In this document: positions 41,201 through 50,449 of the stretch, in pieces
How positions within the stretch are numbered: position 1 is the stretch's first letter
Layout: each line of letters starts with the position of its first letter
NCBI GenBank assembly: GCA_965208325.1
Contig: OZ242326.1
Location: 3,680,001-3,744,000, forward strand
Source of the DNA: Candidatus Poribacteria bacterium
Lineage (GTDB): Bacteria > Poribacteria > WGA-4E > PCPOR2b
Reading direction: 5' to 3'
Length of the DNA stretch: 64,000 bases
Program-made: the position numbers and the translations under genes
Notes under the pieces: generated by a model
The model's database searches: none
The model's input: only the letters and a program-made list of their open reading frames with translations
Told to the model about the DNA's origin: nothing

Positions 41201-41577
41201 TGCATGTAGACGGGTAAACGGGGACGACCAATATCCATGCTAAGCACGGCGCCGTCAAAGGTGATTTCCGCGAATGGGCGTCCTTTAACTTCCGTTTCAT
41301 TAAATTGCAGGGGTGGCAGGTGGAATTTGAGGATTAGGCTATCGGCGTTTGCACGAACGATTTCCAGCGGTGACGCCTCGACGTATGGCACCAGAATAAG
41401 GAAATAGACTAGTGAAATCGTCAGGAGAAGCCAACTAGACGTAACAGAGCGGGCGGGGTCTTGTAGAATGGGGGTTGCCCTACAATACTCATCAGGAAAT
41501 TGGCGGGATTTCCGCATTTCTCGATTTCCCCACTTACACATTTGATTTCGAATTTGGTACATAACAATCAATTTCAA
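35227..41577 (-). CDS. Peptidase family C25 (gingipain/PorU-like) with propeptide, Ig-like domains and FlgD-Ig-like C-terminal domain; start uncertain
   Basis: ADYIIISH, YVLLVGD, FIGRL, catalytic His (YAGHGG) and Cys (TTTCNNG), LFGDP, and C-terminal NAPNP..WD..NGTYFYK. Confidence 0.88.
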   Translation of the reverse strand: MKLIVMYQIRNQMCKWGNREMRKSRQFPDEYCRATPILQDPARSVTSSWLLLTISLVYFLILVPYVEASPLEIVRANADSLILKFHLPPLQFNETEVKGRPFAEITFDGAVLSMDIGRPRLPVYMQLIGIPHGGSPYASVMSSQSEIRQSKPIAPAQRPALNHQKSAIDMDTSFYQRRNAFHPGKLVEVVPLGFIREQRVARLQIQPVQYNPVNGQLKIHNELQVRIEFHSPHRTPIAPMAPAANQFTTSTSQPFEQLFQKNLLNYNQAKAWRQNFNSLEQRVLAAPAAQSSHQQRYKIPITRSDLYQVTFNTLKRFGVNPASIDLDSVTMENGGRQVGIYIFDKDDNGEFDLGDSIVFYGQALIGNKFTNENIYWLYWGSTGGLRVSEQDAVPKTPDSPIPIAFKKTEHFEKDYLHDALIEVKSDFADHYFWQGLINESHNRNLREKTFRIDVPRAIPRGLIERDAELRIRLQGGERKNNAEHRARIMFNNVQQGRVAEWRKQAAPVIVRDIKQHEFIHRDSPNFLTIIAEDKPPRPPRENNFDFYLDWFELDYWHAFEASGGRLEFNSDTVPRVHGTVQYRVKNLRRAAVDVYKIIGGSIVSKLVNGQVDQIGASHELIFEDNLTQPSSYFLVENNRYSRPTQILPAQPSALRNPANQADYIIISHKDFIETVKPLVEFRQSQGLSLMVVDVETIYDQFSNGIFNPLAIQKFLRYAYTSWQKPAPTYVLLVGDAHWDHKSATVEARKLDGRSFDLYPIFVPTLHGWSPEGGETAMDHRFVTISGDDTLPDMFIGRLSVQRPHELSTMIRKIIDYEEKLEAGPWQGRLMQIADNNVDHATDDIFERSREELIQETIPVAFDTRKVYLGQIVSPEVTKRTILNTFDDGVLIAEYAGHGGAHTWADEGIFRIVNAQQLQNRRLPFIVTTTCNNGLFDRPEPFGHRSLSEQFMMGRYGAVATLSATRKTFGSANAVFDKDLFTSMFEIKPPTLGAIIADAKTQFIMKSFELWIPGAEQYTLFGDPATRLAVPDLEIAVELEEIALDPDKKIVILPNRVGRRQSSTATGKIEFTTATDFNTGSMSALALFANDLDADTANDNPRQRSRIQVWQGEFGEIQIPIPQDAKSGQGIVRLFAFDNQHAAIGGTKFWMYQPIIHDVREVMDDKVTQTLNLSAQIVDNEGIAGIKSVKVIWSNTVDFKEQTAPMVPDPTPPESTVPSGVWYELQTPIPLPKRGKVVRYQIVVTDSTNNVSRSERTSIKVPEGANIAIASMASKVTAIRYGFSKELKAFTLSADLVNNGGQPVDTDIEVWFTEGNPDWNNDHEIDADVMVFGHTIIRPEQWKPGAIDLQVVTATLILEEPLSTGFHKVYVFADPEDEDDDHTDEIVGKLDEPRSFDNKGFNSFVVNEFSLKANETLTAFSLDRIFDAFFPIGASEPTTLSIDTVEPPVSFQPDLSLIQLPIPSAVSSQSQDVQTGARAYKIELHSDTNQLVKPAEIKLRFDLNTLENHVQKKYNLALDDDGFNRLLDREASGLAIYAWQDKIKAWERLPSEIPRDSDGGFIQERFVTPPVVENASVQQLRASDVRVDPNLTPEGKWVVFFLDADRYEVLLRRNGKSEIEKLGQTGHLDKSFRDEILGIEFNIPRGKTDALGRNQIFEFGDILTFETQTVEGAARFTSPRNANAGNGTAHVSVYGGPENLFEIGNWLLFFSNSRQFEIRNRFNELVRYPSGAPVRGEVNRPLILSDLGIELLVNTGDKPYEYGDKIKFSTSTVGVISAEIKELTTVALILNSDQTAPRLQLWVNGEIPKPESVISPRPEISLFLEDENGVDMDSFVFAVSKDFKTFKKIKDFNITSEGPVTTVGIYYKPILFIGRYLFRIWFNDLNGNELGGKGGLREFLFFVEKDPDLNSPTIDILVNGAILTDGVVLREQPQFEVQIADNDKIDPGTVQLLFSEWESLPIPLAVESYDFEFDANQPAYARISFEPDLVNGDYQIQALAADESENSAASPSYRFRLDEPVEISDVLNAPNPVRTNTAFTYNLVQPPNQVTIKIYTVNGRLVRTLEDASSRRHYNETHWDVRDENGVRLANGTYFYKVIVDPDDRKIEKIGKLAILR

Positions 41578-41692
41578 CCGAGATATGGTGGGGAATCTCG
41601 GCGCAGAATAAGGGGACAGTCAAGAAGGCAGGTGGTTTGCGTAGATGTGCAACGCCTGAAAAACTAAAGAACTGAAGCGCAATATTAGAACT

Positions 41693-41962
41693 TTAAACTA
41701 TTGCTCGTGGTGGTGCAGTGATATTCTGATAAAGGGTCAGAGTTTTCTCTTTGGATACAGCGCCAGAAGGCAACTTTAGCACTTCATATAAAGACGGTTC
41801 TTGTTCGCCTATCCTAATCGATAGAATATCACCTACAACGAGAGTTTTTCCGGCTTTGGCTTTATGACCATTCACATGAACCCGACCATGCTGACAAAGT
41901 GTTGCCGCAACTGTACGGCGTTTAATGATGCGGCTCACCTGTAGGAATTTGTCTAGACGCAT
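41693..41962 (-). CDS. rqcP: S4-domain RNA-binding protein, YabO/RqcP family
   Basis: MRLDKFLQVSRIIKRRTVA..GRVHVNG..K; overlaps the lon 3' end. Confidence 0.75.
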   Translation of the reverse strand: MRLDKFLQVSRIIKRRTVAATLCQHGRVHVNGHKAKAGKTLVVGDILSIRIGEQEPSLYEVLKLPSGAVSKEKTLTLYQNITAPPRAIV

Positions 41963-44372
41963 CGGTTTTCCTCAAAGCCAAATCTAGGGGTGCCGTTTGT
42001 TCATGCGCATCGGTGTGCTTCAAAGCAACATCTAATACATCCATCATGCCGTCAACCTTGTAAAAATGGACGCTGTCCCTAATTTCATCGGGAATTTCAG
42101 GAAGATCTTTGTCATTATCCTCAGGGATAATGATACTCGTTATGCTATTTCTGTGGGCTGCCAGAACTTTTTCCTTCAATCCCCCGATTGGCAGGACGCG
42201 TCCGCGCAACGTAATCTCACCGGTCATCGCAACATCTTTCCGCACCTCTTTACCGGTCAGTGCAGAGATCATCGCAGTGGCAAGGGTAATTCCCGCCGAA
42301 GGCCCCTCTTTAGGAACTGCCCCTTCAGGAACGTGGATATGGATGTCATTTTTCTCGAAATCAAAATCCGGAGGTACATCGAGTGTTTCTGCGAAGGATC
42401 GAATAAAAGCCAGCGCGGTCTGTGCTGACTCGCGCATAACGTCCCCAAGTTGGCCGGTCAATGCCAATTCACCATCTCCTCGCATGGTAGTAACTTCAAT
42501 GCCAATGATATCCCCGCCTACAGGTGTGTAGACCATCCCGGTTGCAACGCCAACTTCGTCGCGTTCTTCTGCTTTTCCACGCGTGAATTTTGGTGGCCCC
42601 AAATACTCACCGAGATTTTCAACGTCAATTTGGACATTCGCGTTCTTATTTCCATTTTTTACAATTTGCTTAGCAACTTTTCGGCAGATGCTCGTGATTT
42701 CCCGTTCCAAATTTCGAACGCCAGCCTCGCGTGTATATTTATTTATAGTGCCCAATATGGATTCATCTGAGAATTGAATGGATTTTTCCTGCAAACCGTG
42801 GGCTTTGAGCTGTTTCGGAATGAGGAACAGACTGGCAATTTTGTGTTTTTCATATTCGGTGTATCCAGGCAACTCAATGATTTCCATACGGTCCTGCAAA
42901 GGCGCTGGAATGGTCACTCGCGTGTTAGCCGTCGTGATAAACATCACATCGGACAGGTCAAATTGAACATCAAGATAGTGATCACGGAAGGTGTCGTTCT
43001 GTTCGGGGTCAAGTACTTCCAAAAGTGCAGAAGCCGGATCGCCTCGAAAGTCCATGCTCATTTTGTCGATTTCATCCAAAAGAAAAAGCGGATTTCTTGA
43101 TTTGGCATCCCGCAGACCCTGAACAACTCTACCGGGTAAAGCGCCGATATATGTCCGGCGGTGTCCACGAATTTCGGCTTCGTCACGTACCCCGCCTAAG
43201 GACATACGGATAAAATTCCGGTCTGTTGCGCGGGCGATTGATTTCCCTAACGACGTTTTGCCGACACCGGGCGGCCCGACAAAACAGAGAATTGGTCCTT
43301 TGAGTTTATCGACTAGTTTGAGAACTGCGAGATATTCAAGGATTCGTTCTTTGGGCTTTTCAAGGCCGTAATGATCTTCCTCCAATATCTGCTCTGCTGC
43401 ATCAATACCGATTTTACCCTCGGTTCGTATACTCCAAGGCATTGCCAGAAGCCAGTCAATATAAGTTCGGATGACACCAGCTTCTGCGGACATCGGCGGC
43501 ACTTGTTGAAGCCGATCGACCTCTTTCATCGCTTTCTCCTCGGCCTCTTCATTCATGCCAGCTTCCTTTATTTGTTCACGCAGTTCTTCGATTTCGGCAA
43601 GATCGTCCCCGCCTCTGCCAAGTTCTTTTTGGATTGCCTTCATTTTCTCGTGCAGGTAAAACTCTCGATGGGTTTTTTCAACTGATTTCCGCACTTGATG
43701 ATTGAGTTTTTCTTCCAGTTCAATTAAATCTAATTCTTCGTCAAGAAGTTCGATGACCACCTGTAAGCGTTTAATTGGATTAGTCTCGTCCAAGATTCGT
43801 TGTAATTTCTCTGACTCCACGTTAGCACTAACGTACATAGCAATTGAATCTGCAAGATTTCCAGGTTCCTCTTCTTTTCGAATTACAATCAATGATTCAG
43901 ATGAGATTTGCTGCCGGTTTGCCTTGATGTATTTTTCGAACGTCTTAATCGCTATTTGCATCAGCGACTTTGCCTCTTTCGACTTATCCGACGCCTCAGG
44001 TATAATTTTGACTTCCGCCTGGAGAAATCCATCATTTTCAAAGCACTTAAGAACAATTGCGCGACACTCTCCGACGATGGTAAGCCGAATTGTTCCATCA
44101 TTGGGGTCGTAAGATTCGGCGATGCTTACAACTGTTCCGACGCGATAAAAATCTTCTGGCTTAGGTTCTTCTTTTTCCTTGTCTTTCTGATTGAGTAAAA
44201 GTACCAGCGAACCTGTATGCAAAGCATAAGTTGCCGCCAAGACTCCCATTTTGCGAATCACAACGAGCGGTTGCTTATGTCGTGGGAAAATGACACCTTT
44301 ACCGGGTAAAGGAATTACCGGTAGGACTCCACCTTCATCAATCTGACGGTTTGCGCTTGGATTCGGATCCAT
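41922..44372 (-). CDS. lon: Lon protease
   Basis: GPPGVGKTS, RRTYIGALPG, PKEGPSAG and IGGLKEK. Confidence 0.97.
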   Translation of the reverse strand: MDPNPSANRQIDEGGVLPVIPLPGKGVIFPRHKQPLVVIRKMGVLAATYALHTGSLVLLLNQKDKEKEEPKPEDFYRVGTVVSIAESYDPNDGTIRLTIVGECRAIVLKCFENDGFLQAEVKIIPEASDKSKEAKSLMQIAIKTFEKYIKANRQQISSESLIVIRKEEEPGNLADSIAMYVSANVESEKLQRILDETNPIKRLQVVIELLDEELDLIELEEKLNHQVRKSVEKTHREFYLHEKMKAIQKELGRGGDDLAEIEELREQIKEAGMNEEAEEKAMKEVDRLQQVPPMSAEAGVIRTYIDWLLAMPWSIRTEGKIGIDAAEQILEEDHYGLEKPKERILEYLAVLKLVDKLKGPILCFVGPPGVGKTSLGKSIARATDRNFIRMSLGGVRDEAEIRGHRRTYIGALPGRVVQGLRDAKSRNPLFLLDEIDKMSMDFRGDPASALLEVLDPEQNDTFRDHYLDVQFDLSDVMFITTANTRVTIPAPLQDRMEIIELPGYTEYEKHKIASLFLIPKQLKAHGLQEKSIQFSDESILGTINKYTREAGVRNLEREITSICRKVAKQIVKNGNKNANVQIDVENLGEYLGPPKFTRGKAEERDEVGVATGMVYTPVGGDIIGIEVTTMRGDGELALTGQLGDVMRESAQTALAFIRSFAETLDVPPDFDFEKNDIHIHVPEGAVPKEGPSAGITLATAMISALTGKEVRKDVAMTGEITLRGRVLPIGGLKEKVLAAHRNSITSIIIPEDNDKDLPEIPDEIRDSVHFYKVDGMMDVLDVALKHTDAHEQTAPLDLALRKTDASRQIPTGEPHH

Positions 44373-44411
44373 ACTTTATGACTCCTTGTCAATTATAAAT
44401 TGTTCGTTGCA

Positions 44412-45680
44412 TTATGCAGTCAAAGCCTTCCGCTCATCCTCATAAACTAACAAAGGCGGTTCGCCCTTCAAGACAGAATCTGCTGTGATAATACATTCTC
44501 GAACACCTTTCAGGGCTGGAATTTCATACATCGTATCTAACATAATATTTTCCATTATAGCCCTCAATCCTCTTGCGCCCGTCTCCCGCTTAATTACCTC
44601 TTGAGCGATGGCCGCAAGTCCTTCCTCGGTTACCTGAAGATTTACGTCTTCATAGCTAAATAGATGACTGTACTGTTTTACGACAGCGTTTTGGGGTTCA
44701 GTTAGTATTTGAATCAATGCAGTTTCGTCTAACTCGTGAAGTGTTGCAGTTATAGGCAGACGCCCGATGAACTCTGGAATAAAACCAAATTTTATCAGAT
44801 CCTTGGAGTTCGCTTGCTCAAGCAGTACATGAATTTTGCAATCGTTCTTCTCTTGGACTTCTGACCCAAAGCCCATCATTTGCTTACCGATGCGCTCTTG
44901 GACAATTTTGTCGAGTCCAATAAACGTGCCGCCGCATATAAATAGAATTTTCGAAGTATCCACTTCAATATATTCTTGATGCGGATGTTTTCGCCCTCCT
45001 TGTGGAGGCACATTGGCTGTTTTGCCTTCCAAAATCTTCAATAATGCTTGTTGGACACCTTCGCCCGAAACATCTCGCGTAATGGAAGGATTTTCGAATT
45101 TTCGACTTATCTTATCAATCTCGTCAACGTAAATTATTCCGGTTTCCGCTCGCTCAACATCGCCGTCGGCTGCCTGAAGCAGCTTCAAGATAATGTTCTC
45201 AACATCCTCACCGACGTAGCCCGCCTCAGTCAGGGTTGTTGCGTCAGTAATAGCGAAAGGCACATTCAAAATTCGAGCTAACGTTTGAGCTAGGAGAGTC
45301 TTTCCCGTTCCGGTAGGTCCCATCAGCAAAATATTGCTTTTGTCTAAATCAACGCCAACTGGATTTTTTTCAAATTTTAATCTTTTGTAGTGATTATAAA
45401 CAGCAACTGCTAAGATTTTTTTTGCCGTTTCTTGACCGATTACATATTCGTCGAGTTTTGATTTAATTTCAGACGGGTGAGGGAGCGAAAAACCATCCGA
45501 AAGCGCTGAAAATTCATCGGTATGTTCTTCGTCACCGTCATCTCTGATAATATCATGACATACCTCAACACATTCGTCACAAATGTACACTGTGTTTAAG
45601 CCTACAATCAGCCGCCTTACCTCATCTTTACTTTTGTTGCAAAAAGAACACCGTAAATTGTCTTCACGATTACCGGACAT
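44412..45680 (-). CDS. clpX: ClpX ATPase
   Basis: CSFC..ICDEC zinc finger, [18 protein letters not shown] and GRKHP. Confidence 0.97.
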   Translation of the reverse strand: MSGNREDNLRCSFCNKSKDEVRRLIVGLNTVYICDECVEVCHDIIRDDGDEEHTDEFSALSDGFSLPHPSEIKSKLDEYVIGQETAKKILAVAVYNHYKRLKFEKNPVGVDLDKSNILLMGPTGTGKTLLAQTLARILNVPFAITDATTLTEAGYVGEDVENIILKLLQAADGDVERAETGIIYVDEIDKISRKFENPSITRDVSGEGVQQALLKILEGKTANVPPQGGRKHPHQEYIEVDTSKILFICGGTFIGLDKIVQERIGKQMMGFGSEVQEKNDCKIHVLLEQANSKDLIKFGFIPEFIGRLPITATLHELDETALIQILTEPQNAVVKQYSHLFSYEDVNLQVTEEGLAAIAQEVIKRETGARGLRAIMENIMLDTMYEIPALKGVRECIITADSVLKGEPPLLVYEDERKALTA

Positions 45681-45923
45681 AAGTTTCTCCAAGAGGTGGT
45701 AACTTGTATAAAAGGGGACGACTCACGTCAAACATTAAAAATAGGAGAGGTTTGGTGCGGTTGAGCACGTGAGGTTCCTGCCAAACCTACAAAAATTCTG
45801 CCAGCCGTAAATCCTCAATCCTTCACTCAAATAACGCGCGGTTTTAACATGAACCAAAAGATTGTAGAAAATAATTTCAGCAACCAACAGAGACAGGTCA
45901 AGCAGCGAAACCGCTGTCACATC

Positions 45924-46535
45924 TCACGCTTCACCTTTCTGTACCTCAGGTATTCGGCGAGAAACGACGTTGTCTACGATGCCGTATTTTAACGCATATT
46001 CTGCGGTCATGAAAAAATCACGGTCCGCATCTGCTTGAATTTTGTCGTCGGATTGCCCCGTATGTTCCGCTAAAATAGCGTACAACTCTTTCCGAATGCG
46101 CAGTATTTCTTTCGCGTGAATATCAATATCGGAAGCCTGTCCACCGACGCCGCTTATAATGGGTTGGTGAATTAAAACTGTGGAATGAGGAAGCGCATAC
46201 CGTTTACCTGCCGCGCCGCCAGCTAGGAGAATAGCTCCCATGCTGTAGGCTTGACCCACGCACCATGTCTGAATATCAGGTTTGATATATTGCATGGTGT
46301 CATAAATAGCTAATCCCGATGAAACAGAGCCCCCTATCGTATTCACATAAAGTACGATGTCCGCATCCGGATTGTCACTCTCCAAAAATAGCATCTGGGC
46401 AATGATGCTATTTGCAACGGCGTCGTCAATCGCCGATCCAACCATAATAATGCGGTCTTTAAGCAACCGTGAGTAAATATCATAGGATCGTTCACCACGA
46501 CTGGTTTGTTCCACCACAATCGGGACAAGGTTCAT
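45924..46535 (-). CDS. clpP: ClpP protease subunit
   Basis: [15 protein letters not shown]; catalytic Ser (AYSMG), His (IHQP) and Asp (DRD). Confidence 0.96.
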   Translation of the reverse strand: MNLVPIVVEQTSRGERSYDIYSRLLKDRIIMVGSAIDDAVANSIIAQMLFLESDNPDADIVLYVNTIGGSVSSGLAIYDTMQYIKPDIQTWCVGQAYSMGAILLAGGAAGKRYALPHSTVLIHQPIISGVGGQASDIDIHAKEILRIRKELYAILAEHTGQSDDKIQADADRDFFMTAEYALKYGIVDNVVSRRIPEVQKGEA

Positions 46536-46580
46536 CAAAACTCTCCATAATACAGGATAAGGAAAAGCGCTCAAATAATA

Positions 46581-47888
46581 CTATGAAGGGATGATCAAGG
46601 ACTTCTTCTCGGAAGCCTTCTGAATAAGGAATGTATATATTTTTTCATTCCGGAGATGTTCTCTGAATTCTTCCAATCGATTGCTCGCCTTCAGCAAGCT
46701 AGCGTATTTTTGAGGGTCGCGGTTTTGGCTTTCCGCAATACGCCGTATTTCTATGTCTAATTCATCGTCCGTGACACTGATATTTTCTTCTTCAGCAATA
46801 GTGTCAAAAATCCACGCCTGTTTTATTTGCCGAATCGCATCTGCACGAAGCTCCGATGGCAGTTTTTCCAAATCTACGCCCGCCTGCTCTGGGGTTTTAC
46901 CTTGGGTTTGCAATTGCCCCTGAATGTTCTGAGTCATCTGCTGTACGTGCCGATCAATTAATGATTCAGGGGGATTAATCTCAGTTTTCTCAATTAACTG
47001 CTGAAGTACCTCCTCCCGTTGGCTTTGGTTTATGATACCTTTCTGTTCTTCTACAAGGTTGTTCCATATTGCGCCATAGAGTTGGTCATAATTTTCATAC
47101 TCCAAATCTTTCGCGAATTCGTCATCAAGCGCGGGAAGCTGCTTTTCCGTAAGTGCATGCAACGTCAGATGAAACACGGCTCGTTTGCCAGCAAGTTCCG
47201 AATTTGCCGCAGATTGCTCAAAGTCAACCTCGATTTTCTTGGAACTTCCAATAGGCATGCCGATAAGCGCTTCTTCTATTTTCGGCAAAAGGGTTCCCTG
47301 TCCTATTTCAACATCCACATCTTGCTTGCTACCATCTTTAATAGGTTGATTGTCAACAAAACATTCCCAGTCAATCCTGACAGAATCCCCTTGCTGCGCG
47401 GGCCGGTTTTCCTCTAGCGGCACAAAGGTAGCGTGCTGCGCTTGTAATTTTTGGATATACTCCTCAACTTCATCACGCGGAACATTCGCGGGAGTTTTAT
47501 CTATCGCTATCTCTTCGTATTTAGGAAGGGCGAGATCGGGTTGAATGTCAATCGTGGCTTCAAAAACAATCGGCTTACCCTCCTCAATCTCTATTTGATC
47601 TAGCGGCGGCGAAATTTCGGGGTTGTTAAGAGGGACAAGCTTCTCAGTGTCTAACGCATGTTCGTAGGCGGGCGGGACAAGATTTTGAAGGGATTCAGAT
47701 TTTATATACTCAGCAAAACGCGCTTTAAGGATGCTAGAAGGAACTCGTCCTTTCCGAAAACCGGGAACAGAAACTTTCGTCCGTAACGCTCGATAAGTGC
47801 GCTCAAGTTCTTCATTGACCTCTTCAGCGGAAATTTCTATCCGCAGGCACATTTGATTATTTCCCAGCTTTTCTGCGGCAACCTTCAA
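46581..47888 (-). CDS. tig: Trigger factor
   Basis: PGFRKGRVP signature, LDDEFAK and position before clpP. Confidence 0.95.
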   Translation of the reverse strand: MKVAAEKLGNNQMCLRIEISAEEVNEELERTYRALRTKVSVPGFRKGRVPSSILKARFAEYIKSESLQNLVPPAYEHALDTEKLVPLNNPEISPPLDQIEIEEGKPIVFEATIDIQPDLALPKYEEIAIDKTPANVPRDEVEEYIQKLQAQHATFVPLEENRPAQQGDSVRIDWECFVDNQPIKDGSKQDVDVEIGQGTLLPKIEEALIGMPIGSSKKIEVDFEQSAANSELAGKRAVFHLTLHALTEKQLPALDDEFAKDLEYENYDQLYGAIWNNLVEEQKGIINQSQREEVLQQLIEKTEINPPESLIDRHVQQMTQNIQGQLQTQGKTPEQAGVDLEKLPSELRADAIRQIKQAWIFDTIAEEENISVTDDELDIEIRRIAESQNRDPQKYASLLKASNRLEEFREHLRNEKIYTFLIQKASEKKSLIIPS

Positions 47889-47925
47889 CTAAATCTCCAG
47901 CCTATTTCCTTAAAGATGTGAGCGA

Positions 47926-48009
47926 TGGGCGAGGAGGGACTCGAACCCTCACGGGAAAAATCCCAATAGATCCTAAGTCTATCTTGTCTGCCAATTTCAA
48001 CACCCGCCC
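47926..48009 (-). tRNA. tRNA-Leu(TAG)
   Basis: Cloverleaf with long variable arm; anticodon arm ATAGA-CTTAGGA-TCTAT; GTTCGAG T-loop. Confidence 0.93.
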
Positions 48010-48016
48010 ATACTCG

Positions 48017-48092
48017 TGGTGCGCCGTGAAGGAATCGAACCTTCAACCGCCTGATTAAGAGTCAGATGCTCTGCCAATTGAGCTAACGGCGC
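48017..48092 (-). tRNA. tRNA-Lys(CTT)
   Basis: TCTGA-CTCTTAA-TCAGG; encoded CCA. Confidence 0.95.
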
Positions 48093-48103
48093 AAAGACGA
48101 CAA

Positions 48104-48178
48104 TGCGTCCAGAGGGACTCGAACCCCCAACCTATAGATCCGAAGTCTATCGCTCTATCCAAATTGAGCTACGGACGC
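48104..48178 (-). tRNA. tRNA-Arg(TCG)
   Basis: ATAGA-CTTCGGA-TCTAT; T-loop GTTCGAG. Confidence 0.93.
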
Positions 48179-48236
48179 TTTTCACTGAATTAAAAATCAG
48201 CAGACTGCGTTCTATTTTCAATCTTAAAAAGAAAAA

Positions 48237-48313
48237 TGGGGTGGATGATGGGATTTGAACCCACGACCACTTGATCCACAGTCAAGTGCTCTACCGACTG
48301 AGCTACATCCACC
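48237..48313 (-). tRNA. tRNA-His(GTG)
   Basis: CTTGA-CTGTGGA-TCAAG; G-1 and encoded CCA. Confidence 0.95.
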
Positions 48314-48320
48314 ATCATCA

Positions 48321-48397
48321 TGGCACGCCCGGCAGGATTCGAACCCGCGACCTACTGATTAGAAGTCAGTTGCTCTATCCAACTGAGCTACGGGCGC
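48321..48397 (-). tRNA. tRNA-Arg(TCT)
   Basis: ACTGA-CTTCTAA-TCAGT; encoded CCA. Confidence 0.95.
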
Positions 48398-48510
48398 AAA
48401 AACTTTAATACTATGGATGGGTAGGTTCGAGCACGCTTTTCAAACGTGTTTGCCGTTAAGCGCACTAGTCCGAAAATTCAAATGCCCCGCGTTTAATTTC
48501 GATTTATTAA

Positions 48511-48585
48511 TCGGGGCGAGAGGATTTGAACCTCCGACCTTCTGCTCCCAAAGCAGACGCGCTTGCCGGGCTGCGCTACGCCCCG
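48511..48585 (-). tRNA. tRNA-Pro(TGG)
   Basis: CGGGGCGTAGCGCAG start; TCTGC-TTTGGGA-GCAGA. Confidence 0.93.
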
Positions 48586-48602
48586 ATGCCAAAAGCAGAC
48601 TA

Positions 48603-48631
48603 AATATACCACATTTTGTAGGTAGTTGCAA
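48603..48631 (-). promoter_or_regulatory. Sigma70 promoter of the tRNA cluster
   Basis: TTGCAA-17-TATATT just upstream of tRNA-Pro. Confidence 0.55.
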
Positions 48632-49013
48632 GCCAAAATTCAGTATGGCAGTGATGTTCAATATCTCTGAGGGAATCTGCCGGCACAGTGACAGAGTCAA
48701 GATTAGATTCAGATGGCGGTTTGGGAAAAAGTTTGTTAAAATGCGCCTAGAGAACGGTGGGCATCGAAAAGTCGTGACAATAGGTGAATCCAAATTGTAA
48801 TGCCTGCAAGAGCATGGCTAGTACGATAGCGGAAACACGAAAGACTACAACACCCCAATCTATAGTCAATTCGGTTCGTATTTACGCCTATTGCGGCGGG
48901 TTCGGTTTCCCGCCGTACCTTCTGACGATAAATACCGGTTCGGTTTTGGTTGAAAATCCGAACCTACCGCGGTGAATGGCAAATTTTTGGTCGTTCTATG
49001 GAAATTTAAGATT

Positions 49014-49889
49014 ATGCCGCTTTTGGATAATAAATTCCTCAAACAACTTGATCGTCTACAATTTCGCTGTAACGAGATATTCCGCGGTAGGTTTAAAGGT
49101 GAACGGCGAAGCCTCAATCGTGGTGTCGGCATAGAGTTTTCGGATTACCGTCCCTATGAACTTGGCGACGATTTGCGGCATATTGACTGGAATGTTTATG
49201 CTCGGTTGAATCTGCCCTTTATAAAATTGTTCAGCGCTGACGAAGACCTTTCAATCTTCATATTTGTTGATAATAGTAAATCAATGAGTTTTGGGACTCC
49301 GGCAAAATTGGAATGTGCTAAACGCATTGCGGCCGCTTTTAGTTATATCGGTTTGGCAAATTTTGATAGAGTTTCCATCATTACGCTCTCTGATCAGGTG
49401 ATTCCAATTGTACCACTCATATACGGGAAAAGCCAATTCCCGAAGGTTTCCAGATCGATTGGAGCAATAGCCGCAGCGCATGAAACCCATTTGGGGTCCT
49501 GTTTGACACACTTTGCTGCTGGTGCAAAGCAATCTGGCGCGGCGATCGTCATCTCAGATTTTTTGGACTCAGATGGTTATGAACTAGGACTCAAGCAGCT
49601 CAAATCTCGAAAATTCGATTTGACCGTCATTCAACTGCTGAGTGATGAGGAGTTGCGCCCGAAACTTTCAGGTGAATTGCGGCTAGAAGATGCAGAATCA
49701 GGTAAGAAAAAAGGACTTACAGTCAGCGATCGAGCGCTAGCTAGCTACAGGGAGCGGGTGGACGCATTTTGCGATGGCTTGAAAGGTTTCTGTCTGAATC
49801 AGGGAATTACGTATATTAAGATTGACAATCGTGTGCCGATTGAGGAATTCTTCTTACAGAATCTGCACAAAACCGGTTTGATTTTGTGA
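49014..49889 (+). CDS. DUF58 (MoxR-associated VWA-like) protein
   Basis: GIEFSDYRPYELGDDLRHIDWN, DNSKSM and VISDFL. Confidence 0.9.
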   Translation: MPLLDNKFLKQLDRLQFRCNEIFRGRFKGERRSLNRGVGIEFSDYRPYELGDDLRHIDWNVYARLNLPFIKLFSADEDLSIFIFVDNSKSMSFGTPAKLECAKRIAAAFSYIGLANFDRVSIITLSDQVIPIVPLIYGKSQFPKVSRSIGAIAAAHETHLGSCLTHFAAGAKQSGAAIVISDFLDSDGYELGLKQLKSRKFDLTVIQLLSDEELRPKLSGELRLEDAESGKKKGLTVSDRALASYRERVDAFCDGLKGFCLNQGITYIKIDNRVPIEEFFLQNLHKTGLIL

Positions 49890-49952
49890 ACGGAGTTTTA
49901 AACCCGGTGCCGATTACCACTTTCTTTGGCGAGAATCGTTGACATTGGGAAA

Positions 49953-50417
49953 TTATGTTGTCAATCTATGGAGAATTGGCTCCTCTATACGCTGATATTC
50001 AAAAAGTTCGCTTGAATCGAACAAAACCTCCAACTCCCGTTGAGCATTTTTCGGTGAATCAGAGGCATGAACGATATTATGGGTGACGTCAATTGAGAAA
50101 TCGCCTCGAATGCTGCCTGGTTCGGATTCGGCAGGGTCTGTCGCACCGTTGAGCAAACGGACAAGTTCAATCGCGTTTCTTCCTTGGAGAGCGATAGCAA
50201 CAATCGGCGTTGAAGTCATGAATTGGATTAGATAGCTATAAAACGCTTTCCCCTGATGCGGGAAATAGAGTTCTTCTGCTTTGTGGCAGGGAAGTTGAAG
50301 TAATTTCAGACCGACTAGTTTAAGACCTTTGCGTTCAAATCTACCAATAATTTCGCCGATTAACCCTCGCTGAACACCATCGGGTTTAATCAGAACCAGT
50401 GTTTTTTCTTGCTCCAT
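49953..50417 (-). CDS. ndk: Nucleoside diphosphate kinase
   Basis: TLVLIKPDGVQRGL, PGSIRGDF and NIVHASDS. Confidence 0.97.
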   Translation of the reverse strand: MEQEKTLVLIKPDGVQRGLIGEIIGRFERKGLKLVGLKLLQLPCHKAEELYFPHQGKAFYSYLIQFMTSTPIVAIALQGRNAIELVRLLNGATDPAESEPGSIRGDFSIDVTHNIVHASDSPKNAQRELEVLFDSSELFEYQRIEEPILHRLTT

Positions 50418-50449
50418 TTGACCTTCTATCTGCGTAATTCATGACCGTA

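Noticed and set aside
47926..48009. Amber suppressor tRNA explaining the in-frame TAGs
   Set aside because: Anticodon TAG reads CUA (Leu); a suppressor would need anticodon CTA.
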